DNA from: an uncultured Planctomycetota bacterium
Lineage (GTDB): Bacteria > Planctomycetota > Planctomycetia > Isosphaerales > Isosphaeraceae
NCBI GenBank assembly: GCA_963845755.1
Contig: CAWJTV010000040.1
Span: 32,001-96,000 of the forward strand
Length of the DNA stretch: 64,000 bases
Reading direction: 5' to 3'
Below, one piece after another: positions 1 through 10,266 of this stretch. A model generated the notes under the pieces. It saw only the letters and a list, made by a program, of their open reading frames with translations, did not search any database and was not told the DNA's origin. The translations under genes were made by a program, and so were the position numbers. Numbering within the stretch: the first letter of the stretch is position 1; every line of letters begins with the position of its first letter.

Positions 1-1
1 T

Positions 2-325
2 TCAATCGGCTCCGCTCGCGATCCAGCTTGAAGCCGTCCCCCGAAGCTGGCAGCCATCCCGGGTTCGGCACGCAACGCGGAACTGGGGCCGGCTCCCGCC
101 GACCACGGCATAACTCAATGGTTCGCGGTCTTGGAACTGCGGCGGCCGTTGCAGAAATTTACCGAGACGAGAAGGTGGCGGCGAGAGCCCACGTTTTTCG
201 GCGAATTCGTGCAGAGCGATGTTGACGGCGACAGGGACGGGCAGACGAGAGTCTTGTGCAACCCGGCGAACCCAACTGACCCAACACGCGGTCCCGTAAA
301 CCGACAAGAATTGGCTTTTCGACAT
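2..325 (-). CDS. Small hypothetical protein
   Basis: ATG at 325 preceded by GGAGG; ORF MSKSQFLSVYG... stops at position 2. Confidence 0.4.
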   Translation of the reverse strand: MSKSQFLSVYGTACWVSWVRRVAQDSRLPVPVAVNIALHEFAEKRGLSPPPSRLGKFLQRPPQFQDREPLSYAVVGGSRPQFRVACRTRDGCQLRGTASSWIASGAD

Positions 326-779
326 GGCCTCCCTCGGAGGAGGGTGCGGAGGAAACTGGGATAGGAATTGCAAGCGGACAGACTTTCGAGTTTTCGTCTA
401 GTATACGGACGAACATGGGCGGTGTCAAGAAAAAACCCGGTTTTTTGAAGAAATATTTCAACGATACCCAACCGAAGCTCTGGAAAGGATTTGAGGCGGG
501 CGTTATCCTGCTCAAGGGGTCCGGAAAGGATGCGAACAGATCGAGCGTACCTCCGCCTACACCAGGGGCCGTCGTAGGTTATGAAGTGGACTAAGGGTTA
601 GCACTACGGGATTCCGTTTTCAGAAGGGCATCCGACTGGGCTGGGAAACAAGACTCATCCTGAGCCGCTGCGTAGTGGGCATGTCCTTCGTGGTCCAGGG
701 CGCTCGCATCGGATTCGGGAGTCGGGGAATCGCCAACCAGTTCAGCATCCCGGGAACCTGGATCTCATGGAGATCGACG

Positions 780-1478
780 ATGCGTACAAGATTTGTCATG
801 ATTGCCATGCTCATCGTAGTCGTGGCTTGCCAATCAGCGTGGCCTCAACAGAAGAAGCCGAAGTCGCCCCCAAAGGCGACGGGCAAACGCGCCGCTTCAC
901 AGGCTGGAGGCCCACGCGCCGCTCTTCCTGATGCGGCTCAAGACCGAGAACGAGCGATCTTCAAGGAATGGGCCAAGGCGATCCGCGAGTCTGTCGATGC
1001 TTCCAAGAAGATCAACAAGAAGCAGGCCCAGCGAGATGCTTGGGCGGTAAAGACTGCAAAGGCGAAAGAGGACAAAATCAGAACCAGGTATCGGCTCAGC
1101 TCTTATCAACTCTTCCTGATCATCAAGCGGGGCGTAGCAGAGAAGTGGCCAACCGACAAGCCAGAGGACCTGGCCATCGTCGAGCCGATCGTGGCCCATC
1201 GTCAAGCCGTTTTGGATTCGACCATCTTCGAGGAAGAATTGAACGCATGGGTTGCGGCCCATACTCCGTCCACGGCCGGGAGGATGACTGGGCTCGTTGA
1301 GTTTAGCAACGATCTTCTGAGCAGCGGAGCCAGGGCTGCTGAACTCCGTAAGAATGCTCCCGTGAACCTGTGCGGCTTCAAGTTGCCTGACGAGACCGTG
1401 TGTCCACGCAAAGTAGTCGGACCCGCAGGCCGCCGATGTTACGAGCATCGGGACCCGGAGAAGGACGCGACGAAATAG
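780..1478 (+). CDS. Secreted hypothetical protein with a C-terminal Cys/His motif
   Basis: Signal-peptide-like N-terminus MRTRFVMIAMLIVVVACQSAWP; GGAGA upstream; C-terminal C-x9-C...C-x2-H. Confidence 0.6.
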   Translation: MRTRFVMIAMLIVVVACQSAWPQQKKPKSPPKATGKRAASQAGGPRAALPDAAQDRERAIFKEWAKAIRESVDASKKINKKQAQRDAWAVKTAKAKEDKIRTRYRLSSYQLFLIIKRGVAEKWPTDKPEDLAIVEPIVAHRQAVLDSTIFEEELNAWVAAHTPSTAGRMTGLVEFSNDLLSSGARAAELRKNAPVNLCGFKLPDETVCPRKVVGPAGRRCYEHRDPEKDATK

Positions 1479-1593
1479 GGAATCAACTCGGTGCCGCCAT
1501 TGTCGCCGGCCACTCCTCCTAGACCCCCAATGGACACTGAGTTCCGAGCCGGAATACACCCGCGACGCGGTCAGCGGATCCGCGGCCAGGGTC

Positions 1594-2070
1594 TCAAGGG
1601 CTTGGTGTCGGCGATGCCGCTTTCCGGCCCGGCGGTACCGCTCCCGAGTATCCGGCCGTCCCCGAGGTGGGTGCCAAACTCGGATGGCTAGCAGGAACAC
1701 ACGGCAGAAGCGATGCCGGTTTGATCCCCAGGACACGTTCGACTTCTTCGAGACCGGAGCGTCGAATCCGCGAAGGTTCCCAATCTCCTACCGGCTTGAC
1801 TGTCAGAAGTCGGCCTTCTCGCGTGAGGATTCCATCAGCCGTCAACTGGCGGATCGTGGCTTGATGTCGCTCCGAGCCCCAAAGGTTTGCCGCTATCGCT
1901 CTTGGCGATTCTGCCCAGCCGGTCACCAGTAGGATGACCGACATCTCGGCTTCACTGAAGTCGCCCGCCAGGATCGCCGCCCGACACGTGGGACATGTCG
2001 CATACTCCCGGCCGTGAATCTCAATATCGCGAAGGCGCGATTCCGTCACCTGACGGATTTGCGGATCCAC
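1594..2070 (-). CDS. Hypothetical protein with CxxC (start uncertain)
   Basis: C-terminal part of ORF 1594..2661 (REYATCPTC...) reads as globular; GTG with GAGGA upstream. Confidence 0.35.
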   Translation of the reverse strand: MDPQIRQVTESRLRDIEIHGREYATCPTCRAAILAGDFSEAEMSVILLVTGWAESPRAIAANLWGSERHQATIRQLTADGILTREGRLLTVKPVGDWEPSRIRRSGLEEVERVLGIKPASLLPCVPASHPSLAPTSGTAGYSGAVPPGRKAASPTPSP

Positions 2071-2171
2071 GACCCGGACGTCCTCGACCTGCCCGGCGTG
2101 GTCCCATCGGGCTGTTCGACATCGGCCCCAAACTCGGGATGCCCGACCTCGGCGTCGCGGCGTGCGGGAAC

Positions 2172-3962
2172 CTAAAGGTCGGGACCTCCCATCAGCGCGG
2201 CACGACGCGCCTCCCGGATGATCCGCTTCGCCTCGGCCGCGACCCCTTCGATCGGCGGCCCCTCTGACTTCGGCATGTCGGCCGCGGTCCAGTAGTGCAT
2301 CGGCCGTGTCTGTGACGGCGGAGGCCCCGACCCGATCGGCCTCGGAGCCTTGGCGAGTTGCTCCCCGATCCAATCCGGGATCCCCTCCTCCGCGAACCCC
2401 CGAGCGACCTGGATCAAGAACCCGATGGGCTTCCTGGGGCGGAAGTCGTCGTCCTCGCACTTCGCGATGGCGGCGAGGAGGCAGTCGGCCCTCCCCCTGA
2501 CGTGACCGAGGATCTCTTCGGCCTCCCGTCTCATCTTCTTCCCGACGTCTTCGCCGAAGACGATCCCGGCCCGATCGATCGCCGACTGCATCGAGGGGGG
2601 GACCGAGGGGGGGAGATTTTCTCTTTACTGGGAGATTCTTCTTTGCTGAGTATTCTCCCATAAGAGGGGGAGTGTGAGGGGGAGATCGCAGCCGTAGCTT
2701 CCACCCGAGGAGAGAGTGGCAACGGCGCTCCCCGCCGCATCGGACTCGGAGTTCCGACCGAGACGGCTTCGATCGCCGTCATCCGGTGTGGATCCCGGGG
2801 TTGCTGCTCGGAACGCGGCTGACCACCTCGGAGCGACGGCTTCTTAGCATTGCGGCTAGCGATTCGCCGCGCCAGTTCCCCCTGGCTGTCGTGGACGGTC
2901 CGTCGACGAGCCGGGCGACGTTCCATCTCGGATTCGTCGATAAGCGGGGCGCCTCGCCTGGGCGATGGAAGCGCCTCGGATTCGGCCGCGACAAGTCTTT
3001 CGATAACGCTACGATCGTCATTGACCAGACGACCAGGCGCCCATCCCGAAGGATCGGTAAGGTGCCAACGTTCAGCGGGATCTTGCATGACGAGCCCATC
3101 GCTTTGGAGCCGACCAACCGCGAGGACCAAGCTGTGAGGGTCAAAGGTCGGCAGGAGGGCGCGGATTTCCCGTGAGTCTCGGGGACCGCTGGTGAGCAGG
3201 AGGACCACGGCTTTCATGTAGCGATCTAGCTTGGCGTAGGCAATGGCTGCACCGACGGAGAGTTCGACCACCTCGAGATCCTCATCATCGAAAACCGCCT
3301 CGGACGCGTCCAGGGCCGTTCCCGCGGCCGAGTCGGCATGTTTCTCGTCCGCGCCGTCCTGGGCGTCCATGTTGCGATCCTTGGACGTTTTCTGAACCTC
3401 GGAATCATGAAGACCAACCATCGCCCCGTTCTCGGTCTCATTGAGCGATCGGCTTTCGCCATCCCCTCGCGCGGGATCTTGGAAAGAACATCGATCGATG
3501 GAGGATGAGTTAATCTTCTTTTCTTCATCTTCTTTGGGGGGCAAGAGAGCCCCCTGTGCACGTATCGTTTTTACCCCCTCTGCATGCTCGTCGCAGGGGT
3601 ATTCTCGCCCCTCCTCCACTGGGTGCAGAGGGGGTGTTTTTGTCCCCTCTCCACCCTGGGCCATCCACGGGAAACTCGCAACGCCACCCCGTGCGATTTT
3701 CCGGTCTGTCGGGATCGGGTTTCGGCACTCGGTGGCGTTCGACCAGACCGCATTTGTCGAGCCGCTTGGCCACAGCCTTCATCTGGTCGGGGTGGCGGCC
3801 GATCATCTCGGCGATGGTCTCGTTACTCGCCCAACACCAGTCGTCGCCGGCGCGGTGGTACCGGAGTAGTGCAGACAGCGCGGCGTAATCGAGGGGTGTG
3901 ATGTGGCGATCTCGCATGTAGTCGAGTGCGATTTGGGGTGGTCGGTCAAATTGATAGCCAAC
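2172..3962 (-). CDS. Phage/plasmid-type HTH replication-initiator-like protein, split over three frames (one frameshifted gene or two genes)
   Basis: N-terminal wHTH 'WCWASNETIAEMIG...KRLDKCGLVER'; continues in ORFs 2531..3664 and 2172..2591. Confidence 0.5.
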
Positions 3963-4143
3963 CTCGTTCCCCCTGGATTTCGGCGCGTATTGGCCTTGAC
4001 CACGGACATCCCCTGTGATACCATTGTTCACGAGTTCAAGCCTTTCTCCTCTTGTTTTTCGGCACGACAATGCCGATCGAAAACACACCGAAGAACCACG
4101 AAGACCTCCTCTGGTGCCACCCGGTGGAGGTCTTTTAGTTTCG

Positions 4144-4458
4144 TCACCACTGAATCGAAGACGATGCCTGCGAACCACGAGCGCCATGTTGACTAGGGCT
4201 GGGTCGATTCGGCCGGTTTCCCGGCGGGACTACACCGCGGCTTTCGCACCACTCCCGGCCTGGCGGTCCGAGGTGGGCGATCGCCCTGTCCAGGTCACTG
4301 AGCCGTTCGACGTGGCGGACGAGCCATTCCACGGAGATGGTCGCCCGCTCGCCATGCTCTGATGACATCGCCGCCCACGCCGCAGCCCGCGCCTCCTCGA
4401 TCACCTCGCCCACGGCGCGGCGGATATCCGGCAACCGGATGCCCGAGAGGTTGTTCAC
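4144..4458 (-). CDS. Hypothetical protein
   Basis: 104-aa ORF directly downstream of the HTH gene on the same strand. Confidence 0.45.
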   Translation of the reverse strand: MNNLSGIRLPDIRRAVGEVIEEARAAAWAAMSSEHGERATISVEWLVRHVERLSDLDRAIAHLGPPGREWCESRGVVPPGNRPNRPSPSQHGARGSQASSSIQW

Positions 4459-4461
4459 CGC

Positions 4462-4662
4462 TCAAGCCTCCATCCCGACAGTCTGGGCCCTGCGCCGGGT
4501 CGATTGCTCGACGATCTCCTTCAACTCGGCAACGTTGACTTGAGGTCGACCGCCAGGAAGCTGGCGAACCGACACCAGACCCTGCTTGATCAACCGCGAC
4601 AACATCGCCGCGGAGATCCCGCATTCGTTGCGAGCCTTCCGGGGACTCATCCATACATTCAT
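4462..4662 (-). CDS. Excisionase/MerR-like HTH protein
   Basis: 66 aa 'WMSPRKARNECGISAAMLSRLIKQG'; GGAGG upstream. Confidence 0.65.
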   Translation of the reverse strand: MNVWMSPRKARNECGISAAMLSRLIKQGLVSVRQLPGGRPQVNVAELKEIVEQSTRRRAQTVGMEA

Positions 4663-5007
4663 CGGGACGATCCTCCACTAAAGTTCCAGTCATCTCGATG
4701 CGTTGAAAGCGAAAGTACACCTATCATCGTCCCCAAAAGATTCATCCGTGTCAAGATGGCGGAATACGTGAAAAATCAACATAGTCTACCCCAAAAATAC
4801 CCTAATCGCCCGAGTTTCGGATTGATGGCGACATCGCGTTAGATACAGCGTGGACGCGGGGGGGCCGGGATCTTCTGGGCGACGCTTTGCCCACGTGATT
4901 TTCTTGAAACTCGCGTTGCGGTGTGATGCGGATATGGGGTGAAATGTGCGGACTGAGGAAACCCAACATCTCAGTACACCACAAAGATGAACGCGAATTC
5001 CTCTACG

Positions 5008-5307
5008 ATGAATGCACTCCTGACCATCCCAGAAGCGGCCACGCGGCTCGGCCTGAGCGCGTACACGGTCCGGGAAATGTGCAACCCGCGCAACCCCAAG
5101 CTCGCCCATTTTCGGGTCGGGCCGCGCCGTGGCCGGATCATGATCGCGGCGGAGGAGTGTGACCGCTATCTTCGGGAGTGCCAGATTGTGCGGGGTCGTC
5201 CGGATGCGGAGTTGGCGAAGAAGCCGAAGCCGGCGGCGCAGCCGTATCGGCCACAGGGGATCTTACCGAGGACGCGGCCTGGGCTAGCTCGGCACGACGC
5301 AAGTTGA
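5008..5307 (+). CDS. Excisionase (HTH_17-like)
   Basis: 'LLTIPEAATRLGLSAYTVREMC...HFRVG'; convergent with and overlapping the integrase 3' end. Confidence 0.75.
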   Translation: MNALLTIPEAATRLGLSAYTVREMCNPRNPKLAHFRVGPRRGRIMIAAEECDRYLRECQIVRGRPDAELAKKPKPAAQPYRPQGILPRTRPGLARHDAS

Positions 5308-6262
5308 CGTGGCCGTAATGGGCGTCGACCATGGCCGTGCTCGCATGCCCGGCCAGTTCGGCGACGACGGAATTGGGCAACCTGAGCTTCGCGTCCGTCA
5401 CCCACCCATGCCGCAAGCTCTCCGCGGTGCATTCCGGGCCCAGGCCAAGGCGGCTACGGACCCGTTGCATCGCCTGGGCCAGTGCATTCCGCGTCCAGGG
5501 CCGGCCCCGCGTATTCCGGAAGATCGGGCCATCCGGGTTCGCCGAGGCCAACCTGGCGACGATCTCGGCCACCACGGGGGTCAGATAGATGACCCGCGGC
5601 TTCCGGGTCTTGCGCGTGGTCTTGCCGGCCATGACGATGGTGTCGCCGACCACGTGTACGGCCTCGATTCTGGCCACTTCCGACGGCCTGCATCCCGTCT
5701 CGTACATGGTCGCCAAGTAGTCTCGAAGCGGGCCGTCGATAGAGCCGAGGACGCGGCGCTGGTCCTCTGGGCCCAGGATCGCCTCGCGACGGCGAATCCC
5801 CGGCTTGTCGAGCGCGGCGAGCGGGTCGGACTCGAGATAACCCTGGCGATGCCCCCAACGAAAGGCCCGCTTGACCGCCGTAATCGCCCCGTGGCGCGTC
5901 GATTGTCCCCATCCTTGGCCATCGACCCATTCGGAGACGTGGAACGGCCTGATGGTGTTGGCGATGGTCTCGTAGCCCGCCCAGTTGACGAACGCCTGGA
6001 GATGACGTTGATACCACTCGGCCGTGAGCGCCGAGCGATGGTCCCGGGTCCACGTCCACAGCCGGTCGCACAGCTCTCCCACCGAGATCGACCTGGTGGG
6101 AGTCGCTTGCCCCTTGGCCTTGGCCGCCAGGAGCGCATGGAGGGCCCGGGTAGCCTCAGCCCGGTTCCGCTTCCCCTTGGCGAGGGTATGGAGCTGCCCG
6201 TCGATCTTGGTGACCCAGGCATCGCGGTCTTCGCGATACCGGACCTTGTTGGGACGGCCCAT
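5138..6262 (-). CDS. Tyrosine recombinase/integrase
   Basis: Catalytic motifs TGCRPSE, SLRH, LAGH, HYGH. Confidence 0.92.
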   Translation of the reverse strand: MGRPNKVRYREDRDAWVTKIDGQLHTLAKGKRNRAEATRALHALLAAKAKGQATPTRSISVGELCDRLWTWTRDHRSALTAEWYQRHLQAFVNWAGYETIANTIRPFHVSEWVDGQGWGQSTRHGAITAVKRAFRWGHRQGYLESDPLAALDKPGIRRREAILGPEDQRRVLGSIDGPLRDYLATMYETGCRPSEVARIEAVHVVGDTIVMAGKTTRKTRKPRVIYLTPVVAEIVARLASANPDGPIFRNTRGRPWTRNALAQAMQRVRSRLGLGPECTAESLRHGWVTDAKLRLPNSVVAELAGHASTAMVDAHYGHVNLRRAELAQAASSVRSPVADTAAPPASASSPTPHPDDPAQSGTPEDSGHTPPPRS

Positions 6263-6376
6263 TCGACGACTCCTGCGGGCCAGATGCCCATCGAATTAGG
6301 CGACCATAAGGCGACCGGAGGCTCTCTGGGCTTTTCCTAAGTCTTTGGCGGGATTACGTTTAGGAGATGGGCAATG

Positions 6377-6419
6377 CCGGATTTTCAGTCCTGTGCTCTA
6401 CCAACTGAGCTATCTGCCC
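6377..6419 (-). pseudogene. 5' half of tRNA-Phe(GAA) at an att junction
   Basis: GGGCAGA-TA-GCTC-AGTTGGTA-GAGC-A-CAGGA-CTGAAAA-TCCGG, then no T-arm. Confidence 0.85.
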
Positions 6420-6441
6420 GCGGCATGCATGTACGAATGTC

Positions 6442-6470
6442 AGGATAACGTGGCGAAGTCGGGTTGTCAA
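6442..6470 (-). promoter_or_regulatory. Sigma70-type promoter of the tRNA-Phe
   Basis: TTGACA-N17-TATCCT about 22 nt upstream of the tRNA 5' end. Confidence 0.75.
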
Positions 6471-6654
6471 CCAGGTCTTGGCCAGGGCGCAGGGCGTCTG
6501 ATGGAGATCGATCGGTCGGTCGGGCAGGCGGAGGGAATCGAGACGTCCCGCCGTCTCTGAAGTTCTCATCGGAGGTCGCGGCGTCTTAAAGTGGTCCGGG
6601 AGGGTCTTACGATCTGATAATGCGATGCCACCGTCCTTGTTCTCGAGCCGGATC

Positions 6655-7717
6655 ATGTCCGCGGTTTCCTCGATGCCCGAGATTTACGACAGGGCCACCT
6701 GGGAACAGGAGGGGCGTCCTGCTGTGTTAAGCCTGCCGCTGGTCCGCCTGCTGCAACTGGTGATGATCCTCCAGAACGGGCGATTCCCCAATGCGCGGCG
6801 ACTGGCAGAGGTCTGTGCGGTCAGTCGTCGCACGATCTACCGCGACCTGGCAACCCTGGAGGCCGCCGGCATCCCGGTCGTCTACCGCGCCGATCGGCAG
6901 GGGTACCAACTGGCCGGCCCGGGCTTCCTCCAACCCGCCCCATTGAACGATCAGGAGGCCCTCTCTCTGCTTCTGTTGAGTCGTTGGTGCCACTTCGATC
7001 ATCCATTCGCCTCGCTGAAGCCGATCCAGAACGGGGTTGACAAGGTGATTCAGGCTCTGCCGGAAGGGTTGCGCGAGCGGATCACGCTCGGCGGCGAGTT
7101 GATCACCAGCGGGAGTGATCCGTCATCCCTGGATCGAACCCCGGAGCGAAGACCGGTCTACGATGCCATCTGGCAGGCCCTGACCCGGCGCCGACAGATG
7201 CGGCTGTGGTATCGCGAAGACGCCGCCGATTCCCTGCTCACGACCAAGGTCGGCCTCTACCAGATCACCCACCTCGATTCCTGCTGGTCCATCGTGGGGC
7301 GGTTGACGCTCCATCGGGAGGTTCGTCTCTTCCGAATCCCCTGGATACATCGGGTGGAAGTGACCGATGAGCCTTACGCGATCCCACCGCGATTTCGTCT
7401 GGATCGCTGGTTATCCCGGCCGAGCGGCGAACGCCCCTGCGAGACCCCGCGCGATGTCCAACTGCGGTTCAACGCGCGGATTGCCCCGGTCGTCCAGGAT
7501 CGCCATGGCCGGACCGGGCAGAAACTCTGCCCGCGCCTCGAGCGGTGAGGTCGACCTCTTCCTGACCGTCCCGCTGCGAGAGGAGTTCGTCCTCTGGATC
7601 CTCGGGTTCGGCGAGCAGGTCGAGGTCCTCAAACCCGCGGAGCTCGAGAGAAGCCGTGAAACTCAGGGCCGAACGGATCGCGCGAATCCATGCGGATCCT
7701 CTCGGCTGATCGGGTGA
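6655..7717 (+). CDS. HTH-WYL-WCX transcriptional regulator (YafY/PafC-like), frameshifted near 7540
   Basis: HTH_11 'LAEVCAVSRRTIYRDLATLE'; WYL-like 'VRLFRIPWI'; WCX 'WILGFGEQVEVLKPAEL' in the next frame. Confidence 0.85.
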
Positions 7718-7944
7718 CCTGGCACCGAACCCACCAGTCCAATCTCCCGCGACGAACCCACCCGCAATGGGTCGTTGGAATGCTCCAACGGATGGTTGAC
7801 TCGGAAGAAAGAAGCCCAACGGCGCAAATACCCGTTAGTCTGTGGACCGACGTTGTCTGACAGAAGGTAGACCTTATGGCGGTACTCGTGAATCGACCTC
7901 GACCGCCGGTCATATTGTTGACAGAAGGTCAATGCCATGATGAC

Positions 7945-8015
7945 ATCTGCCAGGCTGAGCACCCAGGCCCGCAGGTTCTCTGTGTTCTCGACCCGGTGTC
8001 GCGGCCGTCCCATCG
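7945..8015 (-). pseudogene. Short remnant of a Cas4-like nuclease gene
   Basis: RHRVENTENLRAWVLSLA, homologous to RHRIDNTEELRAWVLGLA at ~60926-60980. Confidence 0.55.
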
Positions 8016-8075
8016 CCGATTCAGGGCTTGACCGCAATCTTGTATAGCGCCCAGCCCTCGGCGGTCGGTCGGAAC

Positions 8076-8777
8076 TCATAGAGACCCGCCGTGATCCGAT
8101 ACCGGCGCGTGGCCGACCGATCCGCCATCGTCGTAGGTGATGGTCGCGTCGGGGGCCACGGCCAGGTCCTGGCGCGAGCCGGCGGGGGCCTGATGGGTGA
8201 TGCCATCGATGGCGAAAGTGACGCCGGCCCCCGCCGGCTCCACATTGACGATCGTGATCGAGACCGTCGGGGCGGCTGCCATCGGGCCCGGGGTCCGGGC
8301 ATACGACTGGGGGTTGGGAACTTGCGTCGGGCTGGCGGCCTGAGCGATAGCGGCGCGCGACACGTCATCGGTCCGGATCGGGTAGAAGCAGGGATATTCG
8401 CGCGAGTTCCACCGGATCAACCATTCGTCGATCACGATGCGATACTTGACGTTGTCGATCCGACGGACGTCGCAGTCCACGGCGGCTATGTCGCCCCGCT
8501 CGGCATCGCGCCTGAGCTTCGCCTGAAGACACTGGAGGCGGTGCTCGGCCAGCGCCTGGTTCACCATGTCATAGTGAACCCCGGTGACCAGGGTGTTCAA
8601 CAAGCATCCGGATTCTCGGGGCGGGCCCGGGTCAACGCCGACTTGCGCGTCGGCGGGCCTTGACGAGAGCAGGACGACCACAACGGCCGCCCCAGCGATC
8701 GAGCCTCGGCATTGAAGCCTGGACATGCATCCCTCCGCCATCGAGTCCCTTCGAGATCTCCGACAGGAGTCTACCAC
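8076..8777 (-). CDS. Secreted hypothetical protein (start and 3' end uncertain)
   Basis: Signal-like 'SIAGAAVVVVLLSSRPADA'; probable frameshift near the C-terminus. Confidence 0.5.
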   Translation of the reverse strand: MVDSCRRSRRDSMAEGCMSRLQCRGSIAGAAVVVVLLSSRPADAQVGVDPGPPRESGCLLNTLVTGVHYDMVNQALAEHRLQCLQAKLRRDAERGDIAAVDCDVRRIDNVKYRIVIDEWLIRWNSREYPCFYPIRTDDVSRAAIAQAASPTQVPNPQSYARTPGPMAAAPTVSITIVNVEPAGAGVTFAIDGITHQAPAGSRQDLAVAPDATITYDDGGSVGHAPVSDHGGSL

Positions 8778-9184
8778 ACGAATTGGGTGGCATCCCGGAC
8801 GATACCGATTTCGGCTGGACCGGCGACCGGCCCGGGATTATCGTCCATGCCCATGACGGGATTTCTGCTTACAACGAATCGAGGCAACAGGATTTGAACC
8901 CCGCGTGGCCCTCTACCTGCTGCCCTATCCCGCTTCGGTCGGATCGACCGAAGTCATTCTCCCCGATTGACCCAGGTCTCTTTCAAGCGCCATTTTGCTC
9001 TGGCAACGCCTTATGCCCATGTGCCCGTACGTTATTCTGGACCGAGCAATTTCAAGAGCCATGTTTCGCACGGGACATCGGCTCATCCACCAGCGCGGCC
9101 CAGACCTCGTTCGATGCCAATCCACGAGCGGGAACTCGAAGACGACGAGGAAAACCCAGGCTGAACCATACCGGAAACCCACCC

Positions 9185-9601
9185 ATGCGACTCCCCCGGA
9201 TGACGACGCGGCGGTGGATGGTCGTGGTGCTGGTTGTGGGGCTGACATCGGGCGCTGTCGTCGTCGGTATCCGGCTCAAGCGACGACAGAGCGAGTTGCT
9301 GGCAAGTGCCGAGTTTCACGCCGAGCTTGAGTCGTTGTGCAGGCTCCAGGAGGCCAACGCCAGAGCTTTCTTCGAGGAACAAACCGTATTCATCAGCGAA
9401 TTGGAGAAGGAGCCCCGCGGCGGATTCTTTGGCGAATCGCTCTTGAAGAAAGCAAAAGCGCTGGAAGCAGAGATGCGAAAAACCTCGGCGAACCTGCCAC
9501 AGCAGATCGCCTACCACGCGGAACTGACCCACAAGTACCGGCACGCCGCCCGCTATCCCTGGCTCTCGGTCGAGCCGGATCCGCCGGAGCCGAGAAGATG
9601 A
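9185..9601 (+). CDS. Planctomycete membrane-anchored paralog-family protein (C-terminal YPWLSVEPDPPEP)
   Basis: N-terminal 'RMTTRRWM' plus TM helix; C-terminal motif recurs at ~25130-25190. Confidence 0.7.
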   Translation: MRLPRMTTRRWMVVVLVVGLTSGAVVVGIRLKRRQSELLASAEFHAELESLCRLQEANARAFFEEQTVFISELEKEPRGGFFGESLLKKAKALEAEMRKTSANLPQQIAYHAELTHKYRHAARYPWLSVEPDPPEPRR

Positions 9602-9717
9602 AAGACGATCGACCGCCACCGCGATTCCGGATTAGGCTCATGACGATCCTGCTCGTCGTCGCGATCCTGGCGTTGCTCCTGGAGGTGGCGATCCAGCAGT
9701 GCAGATCCGGCGGCTGA
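9598..9717 (+). pseudogene. Short or truncated 'RFRIRLM'-type membrane peptide
   Basis: ATGA overlap with the upstream gene; 39 aa, TM only. Confidence 0.4.
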
Positions 9718-9988
9718 GGCGCTCGATCGATGCATACGCGAAACAACAGGACCAAATGGCCACGATCATACGCGAACTGCGAGACGCGATCGAGCGGCAC
9801 AGGTAGCGAGGCCCATTCAGGCCCATGGATGGGATCGGGGCGGACGGAGGGCGACGACGGACTGGCGAGCGGGGTTCGGGACGCGTGGAATGGGACAGGG
9901 TCTTGCCATCGCCGAATTAATCCGTAGGATCGGAAGGACTGCCCCTTTGGGAAGTCGCGGATCGCTGAGAATCGAGCACGAAGGGGCA

Positions 9989-10017
9989 TTGACGGGGTGA
10001 ACAGAAAGCGATAAACT
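9989..10017 (+). promoter_or_regulatory. Sigma70-type promoter of tRNA-Ile
   Basis: TTGACG-N17-TAAACT. Confidence 0.7.
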
Positions 10018-10055
10018 CAAGCCTGGCATCAGGTTTGGGCTGAATTGGTCTCGCA

Positions 10056-10129
10056 GGGCGCATAGCTCAGGTGGCTAGAGCGCACCCCTGATAAGGGTGA
10101 GGTCCGAGGTTCGAATCCTCGTGCGCCCA
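10056..10129 (+). tRNA. tRNA-Ile(GAT), no encoded CCA
   Basis: Full cloverleaf: GGGCGCA...CACCC-CTGATAA-GGGTG...GGTTCGAATCC...TGCGCCCA. Confidence 0.97.
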
Positions 10130-10266
10130 TTATCCCTTGCGGATCAAGGGGTTACGTCCCACGCCGACACGTCATGTGTACCTGCCGAATGGACGGCAGT
10201 GCGGCTCAATCCTTGTGGCCAAACGGGAGGATCCTCCCGTTTTCGGCCTCAAAGGGGTGTCGCACA

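Larger units (their letters stand above)
1..6377. mobile_element. Integrative (prophage/satellite-like) element inserted at tRNA-Phe; left boundary not identified, probably outside the window
   Basis: Tyrosine integrase directly downstream of a truncated tRNA-Phe, with two Xis-like HTH genes and an HTH replication-type protein. Confidence 0.7.

Noticed and set aside
6369..6419. T-armless mini-tRNA (TTGCCCA could pair with GGGCAG)
   Set aside because: Only 6 bp, no T-arm or CCA and a mismatched anticodon stem; an att junction explains it better
10100..10129. attR duplicate of the tRNA-Ile 3' end
   Set aside because: Not found by eye in the window; the tRNA at 47712 is unrelated in sequence
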